Below are positions 18,769 through 30,000 of a stretch of DNA of 64,000 bases, in pieces. Numbering within the stretch: the first letter of the stretch is position 1; every line of letters starts with the position of its first letter. A program made the translations under genes and the position numbers. The stretch is from positions 32,001 to 96,000 of the IMG/VR virus record IMGVR_UViG_3300031576_000008. The stretch is one strand, 5' to 3'. The notes beneath the pieces are model-generated. The model did not search any database and was not told the origin of the DNA. It worked only from the letters and a program-made list of their open reading frames with translations. This DNA is from a virus.

Positions 18769-19131
18769 TTACGGCGTGATCTTCTCGAAGTACTTCGAGA
18801 TCCAGATGACCATGTGCTCGTGGTCCTTCTCGATGATCCGGATCCCTTCCGTCTTCTGAAGGTCCTTGCGCAGGATGTTGAGACGCTCGATCATGTCGCC
18901 ATCGATCACGCGCCCCACGAGGATCGAGAAGTTGATCTGGATGCGCTTGGGGCCGTCCTTGCTCTCGGTGTCGGGAGCCGCCCCGATGGTGATCATGTGC
19001 TCCGGCAGATGCAGGACGCCGGCGATCTTCTTCACGCATCCGTAGAGCGACGTCGGGTCGTCCGTGAACTTCTTGGCGAGCGGGATCTCCTTGCAGATCT
19101 TCTGTTCGAGCATCAGGTCCGTCTCGTTCAT
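18769..19131 (-). CDS. hypothetical protein
   Basis: AAGGAG RBS. Confidence 0.6.
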   Translation of the reverse strand: MNETDLMLEQKICKEIPLAKKFTDDPTSLYGCVKKIAGVLHLPEHMITIGAAPDTESKDGPKRIQINFSILVGRVIDGDMIERLNILRKDLQKTEGIRIIEKDHEHMVIWISKYFEKITP

Positions 19132-19214
19132 CTCAGACTCCTTCTGGTTCCCGGGTTAAAAGAAAGGCCCGGCCCCCTTTCGAGGGCCGGGCCCCAACGA
19201 TCCATTCCGAGGTG

Positions 19215-19955
19215 CTAGGCGCAGCCAGCCTCGACGCAGTGGTTCTCGTTGCAGTCACGGCAGAACTGGACCGGGTGCGACTCATTGTTGGAGTCGTACG
19301 ACATGTCGCAGTCATTGCAATGGCTGTCATCATCCGGCTCGTCCTGACGAGAACGAACCGGGGACGGCACGGACGAGTACGAGTCGCAGCGGTGACCCTC
19401 GCGGATCGAAACCGCCAGACCGCACTTTCCGCAGGTCATGCCCGAACGGCGGGCGTTGACCGGCATCGGAGCATTGACGTTGCACTGGTGCGGAGCCATC
19501 GTCGCCACGGAAACACCGCACTTGCGGCAGTTCACGGCATTGACGACTCCCTTCCCATGGTGGATCACATTGACCACCGTGGGATGCTCAAGGGCATTCT
19601 TGATCGCGTTCGACTTCACGCGGTCCGCCGCCAGAATCAGCGGGTAGAACACCAACGAGCCCAGCTTGCGCCCGACCTTCCCGCCGGCGAAGAACGGCCA
19701 GAAGATCGACTGGATGGCCAGCTGCTTGAGCCGGAGACCGCGCTTCGACCGCGCGACCTCCTTCATCTTGGCGTAGATCTCCACCTCGTCCTTCACCCCG
19801 GGGTACGAGGCCGCTTCCTTGGCGTCCTCCTTCCACCAGCGCGAGAGGAAGAGATAGACCACCGCCGACGCGCCCATGGCCCACAGGCCGAAGAGGAGCG
19901 CATTGTGGTGATCGATCACGAACGGCAGGGCCTGAAAAACCAAGAACTCCTTCAT
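19215..19955 (-). CDS. membrane protein with Cys-rich C-terminus
   Basis: TM segments and repeated CxxC...H.C motifs. Confidence 0.6.
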   Translation of the reverse strand: MKEFLVFQALPFVIDHHNALLFGLWAMGASAVVYLFLSRWWKEDAKEAASYPGVKDEVEIYAKMKEVARSKRGLRLKQLAIQSIFWPFFAGGKVGRKLGSLVFYPLILAADRVKSNAIKNALEHPTVVNVIHHGKGVVNAVNCRKCGVSVATMAPHQCNVNAPMPVNARRSGMTCGKCGLAVSIREGHRCDSYSSVPSPVRSRQDEPDDDSHCNDCDMSYDSNNESHPVQFCRDCNENHCVEAGCA

Positions 19956-20104
19956 GAGCCCTTTCTCCTTCCTTGAGTAAGAAACAGTCGTCGACTACGG
20001 TGTCATGCAAGCATAGGGTACCCTCCAATCACACGCGCTTGGCGCGTTCCAATGGGAACCAGACTCATGAAGAAGAAGGAGTCTTCTTGAGCCGATGAGG
20101 TTCT

Positions 20105-20362
20105 CTACGCGGACTTCTGCTTCGCCTGCTCTTCGAAAGCACCGGCGAGTTTGCGCAGAAACTCCGGAAATGTCTCAGTCGTCGCCGAGACGGTCTGCGA
20201 CACGGCATGGCCGCGACGCAGCTGCTCGATGTATGCCGTAGAGAGAAGTGTGACTACGTTCTTGAGGCCGAACTCAGCCGTGTAGGTGGTGAGGATCTTT
20301 TCGTTGACCGCCAAAAGGGAATCGTTGATCTCGCGCAAGGCCTTGTCTGCCTTCTCGTCCAT
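20105..20362 (-). CDS. hypothetical protein
   Basis: AGGAGG RBS. Confidence 0.55.
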   Translation of the reverse strand: MDEKADKALREINDSLLAVNEKILTTYTAEFGLKNVVTLLSTAYIEQLRRGHAVSQTVSATTETFPEFLRKLAGAFEEQAKQKSA

Positions 20363-20394
20363 GGCCGCCTCCTATCGGGACCTATTCATGTCCC

Positions 20395-22530
20395 CTAATT
20401 TTCATCGTCGTCGCTTTCATCATAATCGCCGCCGAGATCTTCTTCAACAGCGACGACGGGTGCCTTGTCATGGTCAGCCGCATTGCCATTGCCGTTGGTC
20501 GGCACAGGCACGGGCTTGTCCACAGGCTTGTCCACGGAAATGCCCAGCCGCTCCTTGATGCGGATGTTGGCGACATGCCGGCCGGCCTTCGCCTTCGAGA
20601 TCCTGAGACGGTCGTGGATGAACTGGATGAGCTCCTTCTCGGGGAGGTGCTTGGCCTCCACGTAAACTTTCTGGACCTCTCCCTCTTCGCTGGCTTCCTC
20701 GGAATACGGAAAGAAGCGGAGCGACATCTTGTCGCGGATCATCTTGAAGGGCTTGCCGCCGTTGGGCTCGTCCGAATCGCGCAGCTCGAAGCTGATCTCC
20801 ACGAACTTCTGGTCCAGAATCTCGTCCTTGCGGCGCTTGATGATCATGTGCGCGTTGCCCCAGTCGCCGATGACCGATGCGCCACGGATGGCCTGCAGGC
20901 CCTCGCGCTCCTGCCCCTCCTGAGGCTTGCCGTGGTGGTGCACAATGATGCTGGCGATGCAGCCGGCGTCCTGCGCAACCTTCTCAATCGTCGAGAGCAC
21001 CTTGGCCATGTCGCCCTGTTTGTTCTCGTTCAGGAAGTGGAAGCGCGCCAGAGGATCGATGACCAGATACTTCGCGCCGACCTTCCTGACCGTGTTGGTC
21101 AAACTGACGACATGGTTGGGCTCTCCCAGATTGAGCCGCTTGTGGAAGAAGAAGAGATCGTGCTGGAGCTTGCAGTAATCCCCGCCACGGGAGATCGACA
21201 TGCGTTCGAGACGGCTCCGGAGCGACGACTTGTTGAGCTCGCTCTGGAGATAGAAGACCGATCCGGTAATCCCGACATTGAAGTGCTCAAGGAATTTCCC
21301 GTTCGCGCCCGCCAAGAGTAGGATCAGGTCCTCGACCATCATCGACTTGCCCGCCTTGCCGGGGCCGGAGACGATCATCATGCCGCCCACGGGCAGCAGG
21401 TCCTCGATGGCGAACGTGACCATCGTGGCCTTGGACAGGTCATCGGCGGTCTCGTAGGGCAGGACGTCGCCATAGACTTCCTGACCGCGCGTCGACTCGA
21501 TCTCGACCTGCAGCCGCGCGTTCTTCCAGTTCTGATCGAGATAGTGGTCGAGATTGCCCTTCTGAGCCTCGGTCTTGAGCGCCTTCTCCGAGATGCCGAA
21601 GGCCGAGTTCTTGAAGATCGCGCAGTAGTCGTCGAACGAGAAGTTGGCCCTCAGGAGGTCCTTGGTGACCCGGAAGTCGACTTCAGAACGGTCGAGCTCG
21701 CCTTCGGGCGTGATCGCGTTCTTGGAGTAGATGCCGGCATGCTTGTAGCCGAACCAGATCGTGTTCTGCAGCTCGAGGTTCTGGATCTTGCGGACCTTCT
21801 CCTCGATCGACAGGGAGCTCATGTCGACCTTCTTCTCCGGCTCGGACACGTTGAGCTCGCGGGGGTTGACGCCCTCAAACACGTAATCGATGTCGCTCGA
21901 CCAGACCTCGCAGCGGAGCTCCTTGGTGAGGTCCTTCCAGTTCCTCGTGCCCGGCAGGCGCAGGAGCCGCCGGCAGTCGAACGTGTGGTCCGAGCCGACG
22001 TACTTCTTGATCAGGTGCTTCATCTCCCGCTCGGCCTGTTCGGCGGCCACGGGTGCGGCGGTCTTCAGGTAGACATGGCATCCATGTCCGCTGGAGATGA
22101 CGAACGTGCCACGGATGTTGTGGATGTTGAGCACCTTCTGCCATTCGGGATGGTCGATGTCCAGCCACAGGCACGGCACGGACGAGACGTGCTCCTTCTT
22201 GCCGGGCATGTAATGGCCGTTTGCGTACCGGTCCATCCGGAAGCGCGGGGCCACGCCGTAGTAGATCTCGTAGCCCTTCTGGTTGTGGTCGGTCACCCAG
22301 TTGCCGAGCGCGCCTTCGAAGGACTTCTCGAGCGCCACGATTGGCGTAACCTCCATGTACCGCTCTTTCATGCCTTGGGGCGGCGGGCGCTTGCGGCCCG
22401 TCTTCTTCCCTTCGGAATAGTCCTCGGGCATGATCGCCCAGAACTCCACGAGCCAGTCCTCCGGCACGTCGCTGAAGAGGAACATGAGCATCGCCTGAGC
22501 GGACGAGAGCGGGTGCTTTTCCGGGAGCAT
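20395..22530 (-). CDS. primase-helicase (RepB'-like primase plus AAA_25/RecA-type helicase)
   Basis: LWLDID, SSGHGCHVY, RLLRLPGT.N.K; Walker A GPGKAGKS; LVIDP; IVHH.GK; RGAS. Confidence 0.85.
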   Translation of the reverse strand: MLPEKHPLSSAQAMLMFLFSDVPEDWLVEFWAIMPEDYSEGKKTGRKRPPPQGMKERYMEVTPIVALEKSFEGALGNWVTDHNQKGYEIYYGVAPRFRMDRYANGHYMPGKKEHVSSVPCLWLDIDHPEWQKVLNIHNIRGTFVISSGHGCHVYLKTAAPVAAEQAEREMKHLIKKYVGSDHTFDCRRLLRLPGTRNWKDLTKELRCEVWSSDIDYVFEGVNPRELNVSEPEKKVDMSSLSIEEKVRKIQNLELQNTIWFGYKHAGIYSKNAITPEGELDRSEVDFRVTKDLLRANFSFDDYCAIFKNSAFGISEKALKTEAQKGNLDHYLDQNWKNARLQVEIESTRGQEVYGDVLPYETADDLSKATMVTFAIEDLLPVGGMMIVSGPGKAGKSMMVEDLILLLAGANGKFLEHFNVGITGSVFYLQSELNKSSLRSRLERMSISRGGDYCKLQHDLFFFHKRLNLGEPNHVVSLTNTVRKVGAKYLVIDPLARFHFLNENKQGDMAKVLSTIEKVAQDAGCIASIIVHHHGKPQEGQEREGLQAIRGASVIGDWGNAHMIIKRRKDEILDQKFVEISFELRDSDEPNGGKPFKMIRDKMSLRFFPYSEEASEEGEVQKVYVEAKHLPEKELIQFIHDRLRISKAKAGRHVANIRIKERLGISVDKPVDKPVPVPTNGNGNAADHDKAPVVAVEEDLGGDYDESDDDEN

Positions 22531-22556
22531 CAGATCTTCCTCCCCTTCCAGTTTGC

Positions 22557-23732
22557 CTAGATGCAATCCTTCGCAACGGTCATCGGCGCGTCGTTGTGCT
22601 CGAATTCGTCGGGACCCCAGTCTTCCATCGGGAGATCCATATCCGGCTTGCGGCCGACGCCATGGACCATCGTGAAGGCGGCTTCGATCGCCGAGCCCAT
22701 CTTCGCGTTCTCCCAGATGATGTCGCTGCCCCACTTCGGCTTGTCGTAGTGCTGCGTGATGTAGGTGGCGCGCTGGTCGATGATGCCGTGGACGCGGCGG
22801 TATTCCTTGACCCGCCGGCAGAGCCGGCGCGGCTTGCGGTTCGGGGCCTGATCGATGCGCTCCGACTTCTTGCCGCCGAGCAGAACGCCATAGGTGTACG
22901 CGAAGAAATGGCGGGCCCTGTCGCGGGCCTTGTAGATCAGCCTCTGGATCGCCCGGATCGGCACCGCGCGCAGGACCTCCCAGCGGAGATTCGAGTTCCA
23001 GTACTTCTGCTTGCCGTCGTAGTCGGGAATGAATGCACGAGTGCCGTTCTTGAGCCCGTTCTTGAGGATGTCGGAAACCTTGCGCACGTCACGGATGATG
23101 TTGAGCGGATCGTAGTAGTCGGGATACTTCAGGAACTCGTTCCGGCGCGAGACGCGCTTGGCGATGCCGGCCCAGAGCACCTTCTCGCCGGCCTCGGTGA
23201 TCATCCAGCGATCAGAGTTTCCACCGAGCTTCGACTTCTTGGCCACGAGCCCGTCCTTCTCGGCGCGCTTGAGCATCCTCGCGACCGTCTCGCGCGGGAG
23301 CTTCGTCTCGATCACGATCTCCTTGACGGTCTCGAAGTTCGAGACGTAACGACCCATCTCGTTGTAGCGCGTCGGGAAAAACTGCTCGTCCGGATCCACG
23401 ATGGAGAGGTCGATATTGGTGTTGAAGTCGCTCGCCTCGAGCTGGTTGAACGGATAGACGTCGCTCGCATCGAGATCGTACGAGACCGGCCCGTTCTTCA
23501 TGAACTGCGACTTCGACCGGTGCAGGCATCCGAACACGTGCAGCAGCTTGAGTGTCCAGCGGCTGCCATTGTTGTTGGAATGATTGAACGGCTGGTCGAT
23601 CTTCCTGTCGACTTTCTTGGTCCACGACCGCCATTCGCGCTGTTGCTGTTTGAAAGGGTCGAGTTCCTTCTTCGAAGTCCGATGCCGCCTAGCTTTTGAG
23701 ACGGCAGTACCCCCCTGCTTCACGAAAGGCAT
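22557..23732 (-). CDS. basic protein with winged HTH; possible replication initiator or regulator
   Basis: TVKEIVIETKLPRETVARMLKRAEKDGLV...WMITEAG. Confidence 0.6.
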   Translation of the reverse strand: MPFVKQGGTAVSKARRHRTSKKELDPFKQQQREWRSWTKKVDRKIDQPFNHSNNNGSRWTLKLLHVFGCLHRSKSQFMKNGPVSYDLDASDVYPFNQLEASDFNTNIDLSIVDPDEQFFPTRYNEMGRYVSNFETVKEIVIETKLPRETVARMLKRAEKDGLVAKKSKLGGNSDRWMITEAGEKVLWAGIAKRVSRRNEFLKYPDYYDPLNIIRDVRKVSDILKNGLKNGTRAFIPDYDGKQKYWNSNLRWEVLRAVPIRAIQRLIYKARDRARHFFAYTYGVLLGGKKSERIDQAPNRKPRRLCRRVKEYRRVHGIIDQRATYITQHYDKPKWGSDIIWENAKMGSAIEAAFTMVHGVGRKPDMDLPMEDWGPDEFEHNDAPMTVAKDCI

Positions 23733-23973
23733 TTCTCCCCCTAGCCGGCGTGAAAAACAAAAACCCCGCTACAGGACGGGTGCGCGGCGCAATCAGTTAC
23801 TGTCCGGGAGGATTCCCAGAAGCAAACGAATTGGTGCGCGTTTGAGGAAGGTTTACGCGCACCGCGCCCTGTAGCGGGGTTTCGCTTTTTCGGACCTGCG
23901 TTGTCAGAGAGCATCGCTGCTCCTAAAAATCCAACCCCGACACAGAAACCGCCTGCGAACCTTCCTGACTTGA

Positions 23974-24002
23974 AGTCTATTCGACTGGTTATTTGGTGTC
24001 AA
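23974..24002 (-). promoter_or_regulatory. sigma70-type promoter
   Basis: TTGACA-17 nt-TAGACT. Confidence 0.7.
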
Positions 24003-24282
24003 GTAGAATTCGTCAAAAATGTTCGATTTTTTCGATTGGTCCCATGGCTGATGGGCCGCCAAACGCGCTAGCCGTTGGCCATCTCACGAGGTACGTGAGG
24101 AAAACTACGCATCAATGGGTCTCTGTGACGTTAATTGAAGTGTAACTCCCCACTCCGTGGGGGTCTGGGGGATATAAGAGCTACGCAGGGGGAGTTACTC
24201 TTCAACTAACGTCACACCGGGTATCACCGACACATCGTACTCGTAGGACGTGAGACATTCTGGCCCCAGTCTCGTACTCATG

Positions 24283-26973
24283 CTATCTAGTAGCATGTTT
24301 AGGCAACCGATCGGTGTCTGGTGCATTCTCAAGATTGAAGCCTTCCTTTCGACAAGTCCTGACCCGGTCCATCGAGTGCCTGAATGTGTACTTTGACCCA
24401 GTGTCGATGAAGTCGTGGATCGTTGCCTCAGTCTTGCCGGGCGCGATTCGAAGCGCGCGGCCAATCCTCTGGAGCACCCTTACCGCAGACTTTCCACCAG
24501 CGGCGAGCACAACTACTTCCAATTCGGGGAGATCCACTCCTTCATCGAAGATGGGGGTGGCCACGATGACTTCCAGTGCACCCGACCTCATGTCCTTTCT
24601 GGCCTGACTGCGGATCATGCCGGAGTGCTTGCCAGTCAAGATCTTGCAGCGGACGTTCTCCCCGCGCAGGATCTCGGCCACGATCCGTGCGTGACGGATG
24701 GTGTCGCAGATGATGAGGCAGCGCCGGCCGACGTCTACTTCGGACATGGTGATGGATACGACCTCGGCGTTGCGGTTGGGGTTCTCCTCGATGAGCATCC
24801 GCCGGGCGTCCATGTATGGCGTCCCCGGCGGCACGGACTCGTTCTCGACCTTGTGGTACATGACCTTGCACTTTGAGCTCCACCCGATCGCCTGCAGGTC
24901 CTTGGTCTTGACCTGATCGATGATCGGGCCGGTCGCGGCCTCAAGGCGCAGGTCCCGGACCGGATCGCCGGTCTCCGGGGTTCCCGTGAGTCCGATCCTG
25001 TAGAAGGCTGGAATCGCCTGCGTCACCTTGTACCACGTGGCTGCAGCACCCGTCCGGTGGGCCTCGTCGAGCATGATGACGTTGGCATCCTTGACCAGAT
25101 CACAGAAGTACCGGAGCTCGTCCTGCACAGTCTGGGGCATGATGATCACGAACTTCTGGTCGGGCTTGATGTCGTCCCAGCAGCCGTCTCCAAAGAGAGC
25201 AGCCTTCTGGCCGGTCCGGAGCTTGATGCGCTCCGAGGTCTGGTGCAGCAGGTCCTTCCGGTGGACGATCCAGATGCACTTTCCGGCGATGTGGGAAGCG
25301 ATCGCGATGCCGACCTCGGTGTTATGGGTGACGAAATTCTCGACGAGGAAGCTGTGGGTATCCTCGATCTCGATGTCCCATGTCTGTTTGAGGCCGACGT
25401 TTCGAACCTCCTTCACGACATCCCAGCCGACCGAAGATTTCGCCATCGACAGTAGGAGATCGTCATCCAATGCGGTTCCAAGCTTCTCGGCCAATCCACG
25501 GGACATGAGGGAGTCCGGCAGATAGGACATGCTCGTCTTGATGGGGGCGTTCCAAGCCGGCGAGGTGTCGCGCCCGATGCCATAAGGCCGCGAACGCCAT
25601 TTTGAGGCGTATTCCATCGTGCGCAGCGGGAGGCGGTCATGACCGCTGTTCTTTCTGGGAGCCAGCGCCATCTGCAAGGCGGCCGTCTTGCCTAGAGGAG
25701 GACAAGCGCTCAGGCCGGACACTGAGCGCCTGAGCGAGGCATCGAACTGGAATGCCAGTCGATCAGTAGTTTCTCCCTTATACGTGTACTTGATGTGGCG
25801 TTCCCGCAGCTTCCCGAATACCCCAAAGCGTAGAAGGAGATCGCGGATGTCTTCAGCCAAGGACTTAGAAACGCTCGTGAAGCTGAAGTCCCCCCGAGGC
25901 ATGGTGATTGATCCATCACAACCCAGATAGGCCGACAGAAGATCGGCCACTCGCGCTTTCGGCCAGCTGAAGATGCAGGACGGCACGAACTTTTCGTGCG
26001 CATTCTTGCCCAGCAGTCCATATCGTTCTAGAATCTCGACACAGGCAGGCCGGGGCCTGTGGGCACCTCCTCGAGGCCCCCTACGAACCCTGTAGTCGAC
26101 CCTGTCGACGTAGACGAGTTCATCACCGAAGAATTTGACTACCCTCTTCAGCGTCTCCAAACGAGTTGCGTCGGCCACCGAGAATCGCAGAAGCGTGGAA
26201 TTAGTGCCATTGCCATCGCCCAAATAGAATCCCAAAAGCAGGGCTTCCTCGCTGCTAGGTCCATCCTGATTGCCGTCGACTTCGATCTTGTCGGCCACGC
26301 CAACAAGCATGCCGGGCTTCAGGTCTTCTGCATGGGTCCATTCATCCGCGCCAGTCAGGAACGGATGGTCATGGGAGACGATGACCGAGTGCCCACGCTT
26401 CGTGATGACTTCGACACAATCCTTGAGTCCATTGCTGACCAAGGCCTTAACGGCGGAAGGCTTGAGATCGTGCGAGATTCTGTCATACCCAAAAACGCAG
26501 TCTCCCTGCTGCAGCTGCTCAATAGCTGTCCGCCGGCCATCGGAGGTCGTCAGCCTCATTCCGCTGGCGACGCATTTGCCGGCGTTCACGGCCAAGGCAA
26601 GGATCCCCCTAGCCTTGTCGAGCGCGATCTTGATCGCCTTCTCCTGATGATCGGCGAAGGTGATGTCCTTCAGGATCTTGGCGTTGTACTCCACCGTCGG
26701 GGGCCGGACGCGCTCGTCGATGACCCGGGCGATTGGGATGATCTTCCTGATGCGAGTGAGCATGCCCGTCGGGAAGGTGCCACGGATGGGGTCCACGGGG
26801 TGCCAGCGGCCGTCCCAAAGCGGGCGGTGCCGGCGGGCGTATTCCGCTCCGGGAAATTCGACCGCTGTCGCCGTGTCGAGCTTGTAGAGCAGTTGCCGAT
26901 CGCACTCGATCTTCGAGACGGCGTTCCCGACCCTGATGATGGGCTGTTCCATATGAGGTAATCTTCTCGGCAT
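24283..26973 (-). CDS. SF2 DEAH-box helicase (UvsW/ResIII-like) containing an intein
   Basis: AGK|T Walker A split by intein; DEAH, GLTGTP, EGVDLP, QRIGRALR. Confidence 0.9.
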   Translation of the reverse strand: MPRRLPHMEQPIIRVGNAVSKIECDRQLLYKLDTATAVEFPGAEYARRHRPLWDGRWHPVDPIRGTFPTGMLTRIRKIIPIARVIDERVRPPTVEYNAKILKDITFADHQEKAIKIALDKARGILALAVNAGKCVASGMRLTTSDGRRTAIEQLQQGDCVFGYDRISHDLKPSAVKALVSNGLKDCVEVITKRGHSVIVSHDHPFLTGADEWTHAEDLKPGMLVGVADKIEVDGNQDGPSSEEALLLGFYLGDGNGTNSTLLRFSVADATRLETLKRVVKFFGDELVYVDRVDYRVRRGPRGGAHRPRPACVEILERYGLLGKNAHEKFVPSCIFSWPKARVADLLSAYLGCDGSITMPRGDFSFTSVSKSLAEDIRDLLLRFGVFGKLRERHIKYTYKGETTDRLAFQFDASLRRSVSGLSACPPLGKTAALQMALAPRKNSGHDRLPLRTMEYASKWRSRPYGIGRDTSPAWNAPIKTSMSYLPDSLMSRGLAEKLGTALDDDLLLSMAKSSVGWDVVKEVRNVGLKQTWDIEIEDTHSFLVENFVTHNTEVGIAIASHIAGKCIWIVHRKDLLHQTSERIKLRTGQKAALFGDGCWDDIKPDQKFVIIMPQTVQDELRYFCDLVKDANVIMLDEAHRTGAAATWYKVTQAIPAFYRIGLTGTPETGDPVRDLRLEAATGPIIDQVKTKDLQAIGWSSKCKVMYHKVENESVPPGTPYMDARRMLIEENPNRNAEVVSITMSEVDVGRRCLIICDTIRHARIVAEILRGENVRCKILTGKHSGMIRSQARKDMRSGALEVIVATPIFDEGVDLPELEVVVLAAGGKSAVRVLQRIGRALRIAPGKTEATIHDFIDTGSKYTFRHSMDRVRTCRKEGFNLENAPDTDRLPKHATR
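25321..26574 (-). mobile_element. intein with LAGLIDADG homing endonuclease (418 aa)
   Basis: Starts CVASG, block B HPF, LLGFYLGDG and LLSAYLGCDG, ends THN before Thr. Confidence 0.92.
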
Positions 26974-27024
26974 TCTGCAGGAATTTCATGAAATTCCTCT
27001 GCAGTCCGGAGAAGAGTACCTTCC

Positions 27025-30000
27025 ATGGGAAACTACGGCATTTTGCACGCTCACTCCGAATACAGCGTCCGCGACTCGCTCATCCGCGCCGAAGACCTGC
27101 CTGTATTGGCCAAGTCGAAGGGCTGGGATGCCTGCGCCCTGACCGACCACGGCGGCATCGAGGGCTTGTACACCTTCTCCAAGGCCTGCCGTGCGAACGG
27201 CGTGAAGCCAATCCTTGGCTGTGAGTTCTACGTCGGATGCTCCGACTCCGACAGGGCCCATCACCTGACGGTGCTGGCTAAGAACGTCCGGGGCTTCACG
27301 TCGATGACGGAGCTCCTGTCGATCGCCCACCGCGATCATTACAACGGCAGGAGGCACCGCGCCGACATCCCCATCGACATGATCCTCGAGAAGCTGACCG
27401 ACTGCGTCATCCTCTCAGGCTGCTTCTCGAGCCCGTTCTGGAGGGCGTCGGACAAGTCGATGGACGAACTCGTGGCGTTCGTCGACAGGTTCGGCGACGA
27501 CTTCTACTTCGAATTTCAGGGTCTCTGGGATTGGCATGAGCAGGTTGATCTTAATTCGCTCGTCATCACCATGTCACGCGAGCTCGGCCGGCCGCTCGTG
27601 GTCACCCCCGATTGTCATTTTGCGACTCCCGACGAATCGCGCTTCCATGAGGCTCTGCTCGCCGTGGCATCCCGCGCTCCTGTCGGTAGCCCCAAGGCAT
27701 GGAGGTTCTCGACGCATCTCAACTACGTCCTGACGCCGGAAGAAAGCGTCGCTGGCCTCGTCAAGGCGGGCGTGCCCGAATCAGATGCAAGGAAGGCGCT
27801 GGAGGAGACCGGGAAGATCGCCGCCAAGATCTCCGACTGGTCGTGGGACGACCTGCCTATGCCGAGGATCCCCGACGTCGGCGGCGACATGAAGAAGCTC
27901 GTCTGGGATGGCCTGACGGCCAAGGGGCTCGACCAGACCGATGAATACAAGACCCGGCTCACCGACGAGCTCGACTGCTTCACCAAGGCCGGCCTCGATC
28001 GCTACCTGCTCCTCGTTAGGCATTGCCTGAATCTCTTCCGCAACAATGGAGCCGAGATCGGGCCGCGCGGATCGGTCGGTGGCAGCCTCGTCGCCTACTG
28101 TCTCGGCATCACCAATCTTGATCCGGTCAAGCACGGGCTCATCTGGCAGCGCTTCTACTTCCCCGGCCGCAAGGGCTGGCCGGACGTCGACATCGACGTC
28201 GACACCCATTTCCGCGAGCGGGTGCCCGAAGTGCTCAGGAAGGAGTTCGGGGATGACCGAGTCGCCCAGATCTCGAACTTCGGTACGTTCGGGCTCCGGC
28301 AGGCGATCAACGACGCCGCCAAGGCCTACGGCATGAAGGTCGATAATCCGCTGTCGGAGTTCGAGCTCCGGGATCTCATCAAGGCGCATGAAGGCGACGA
28401 GGACAAGGTCCCCATCGAGGAGCTCAGGACTTGGCAGGCTCTCCGCGCCAAGAGCCCCGATGCATCCGAGTTCGCCAAGAAGCTCCGGGGCCGCATGCGC
28501 CAGTTCGGTGCCCACGCTGGCGGATTCGTCATCGCCGCCGACAGCCTCCTGTGCGGACGCGGCGCGGTCGTCACGCGCGGCAAGGACAAGGCGCTCGTCT
28601 GGGACATGGGGACCGCCGATGCGCTCGGTTTCGTGAAATTCGACTTCCTCGGGCTCGATTCGCTGGCGGCCATCCGCGAACTCGGACGCTCGATCGACAT
28701 CAAATGGGATGAAGTGCCGCTCGACGATCCGGCGGTCTACACCGATATCTCCGAGGGGCGCACCGCCGCCGTTCCCCAGTTCCTGACGAGCGGACTCAGG
28801 AGTTTCGCAGAGCGGCTACAGCCCGACAAGTTCGAGGATCTCGTCTGGGCCAACGCCGCGTTCCGGCCGGGCGCGCTCGGGCAGTTCTCCCCGCAGGAGC
28901 TCGCCGAGCGCTACCACGAGAACCCCGACAGCCTGATCGTCTATCAGGAAGACATCATGGCCATCTGCGTCTACATGGCCGGCTTCTCGTGGAAGGAGGC
29001 CGACGGCGTGCGCAAGGTGGTCGCCAAGAAGGAGGGCAGGGACGAGTGGAAGAAGCTCGCCCCCAAGTTTGCCGAAGGATGCGTCAAGCAGGACTCCATG
29101 ACCTACGAGGAGGCGATCATCCTCTGGTCGAGCCTCGAAGAGTTCACAAGGTACGCGTTCAACAAGGCGCATTCGGCCGCCTACAGCTGGAACGCCTATC
29201 GCATCGCATGGGCCAAGCGCCGCCATCCGATCCACACGTTCGCGGCGCTTCTCAATTCGAGCAAGGAGGAGAAGATTCCGCGCATTCTCGAAGAAGCCGA
29301 GGACAGCTTCGGGCTCAAGCTCCTGCCGCCGGACGCCAACAAGTCCGGGCTGGTATGGATGATCGAGGGGGACGCAATCCGGGCTCCGCTCAATCAGTCG
29401 GAGCTGATCGACCTGCGCATCACCAAGGCGATCATGAAGCGCCGGGAGTCGGGTCCTTTCGTCTCCAAGAACGACTTCATCACCCGGATGAGTACGATCA
29501 AGTACCACCCGCAGGTCGTGGACATCCTCTTCGACGGGCGCGGCTTCGCGGCCCATTTCGCGCTGCCGCTCGTCGATCCGAGGATCATCGTCTCCAAGGA
29601 CTACATCGAGACGATCCGCTCCTGCATGCAGTGCGATCTCCGGGGCACCTGCCGTCAGGTCGTTCCTCCCGATCTCGGGAAGACGAATGTCCTCATCGTC
29701 GGAGAGGCTCCCGGCAAGGATGAGGACCGCCGGGGCAAGCCGTTCGTGGGCCCATCGGGCCAGCTTCTTTTCAAGCTTCTCGAGGAGAACGGCATCAAGC
29801 GCACCGATGTGACGGTGACCAATGCCTGCCACTGCAAGCCGCCGTTCGTGCCCGACGAGGATGCCGACGCGTCCGAGCGCCGCTCCCGCAACGAGGCGCT
29901 CATGCTCGACTGCCCGTGGGTCTTCAAGGAGATCGAGCTCATGAAGCCGCCGCTCATCCTCGCCGTCGGGGCCAAGGCGTGGAAGAAGCTCGGCGGCGAG

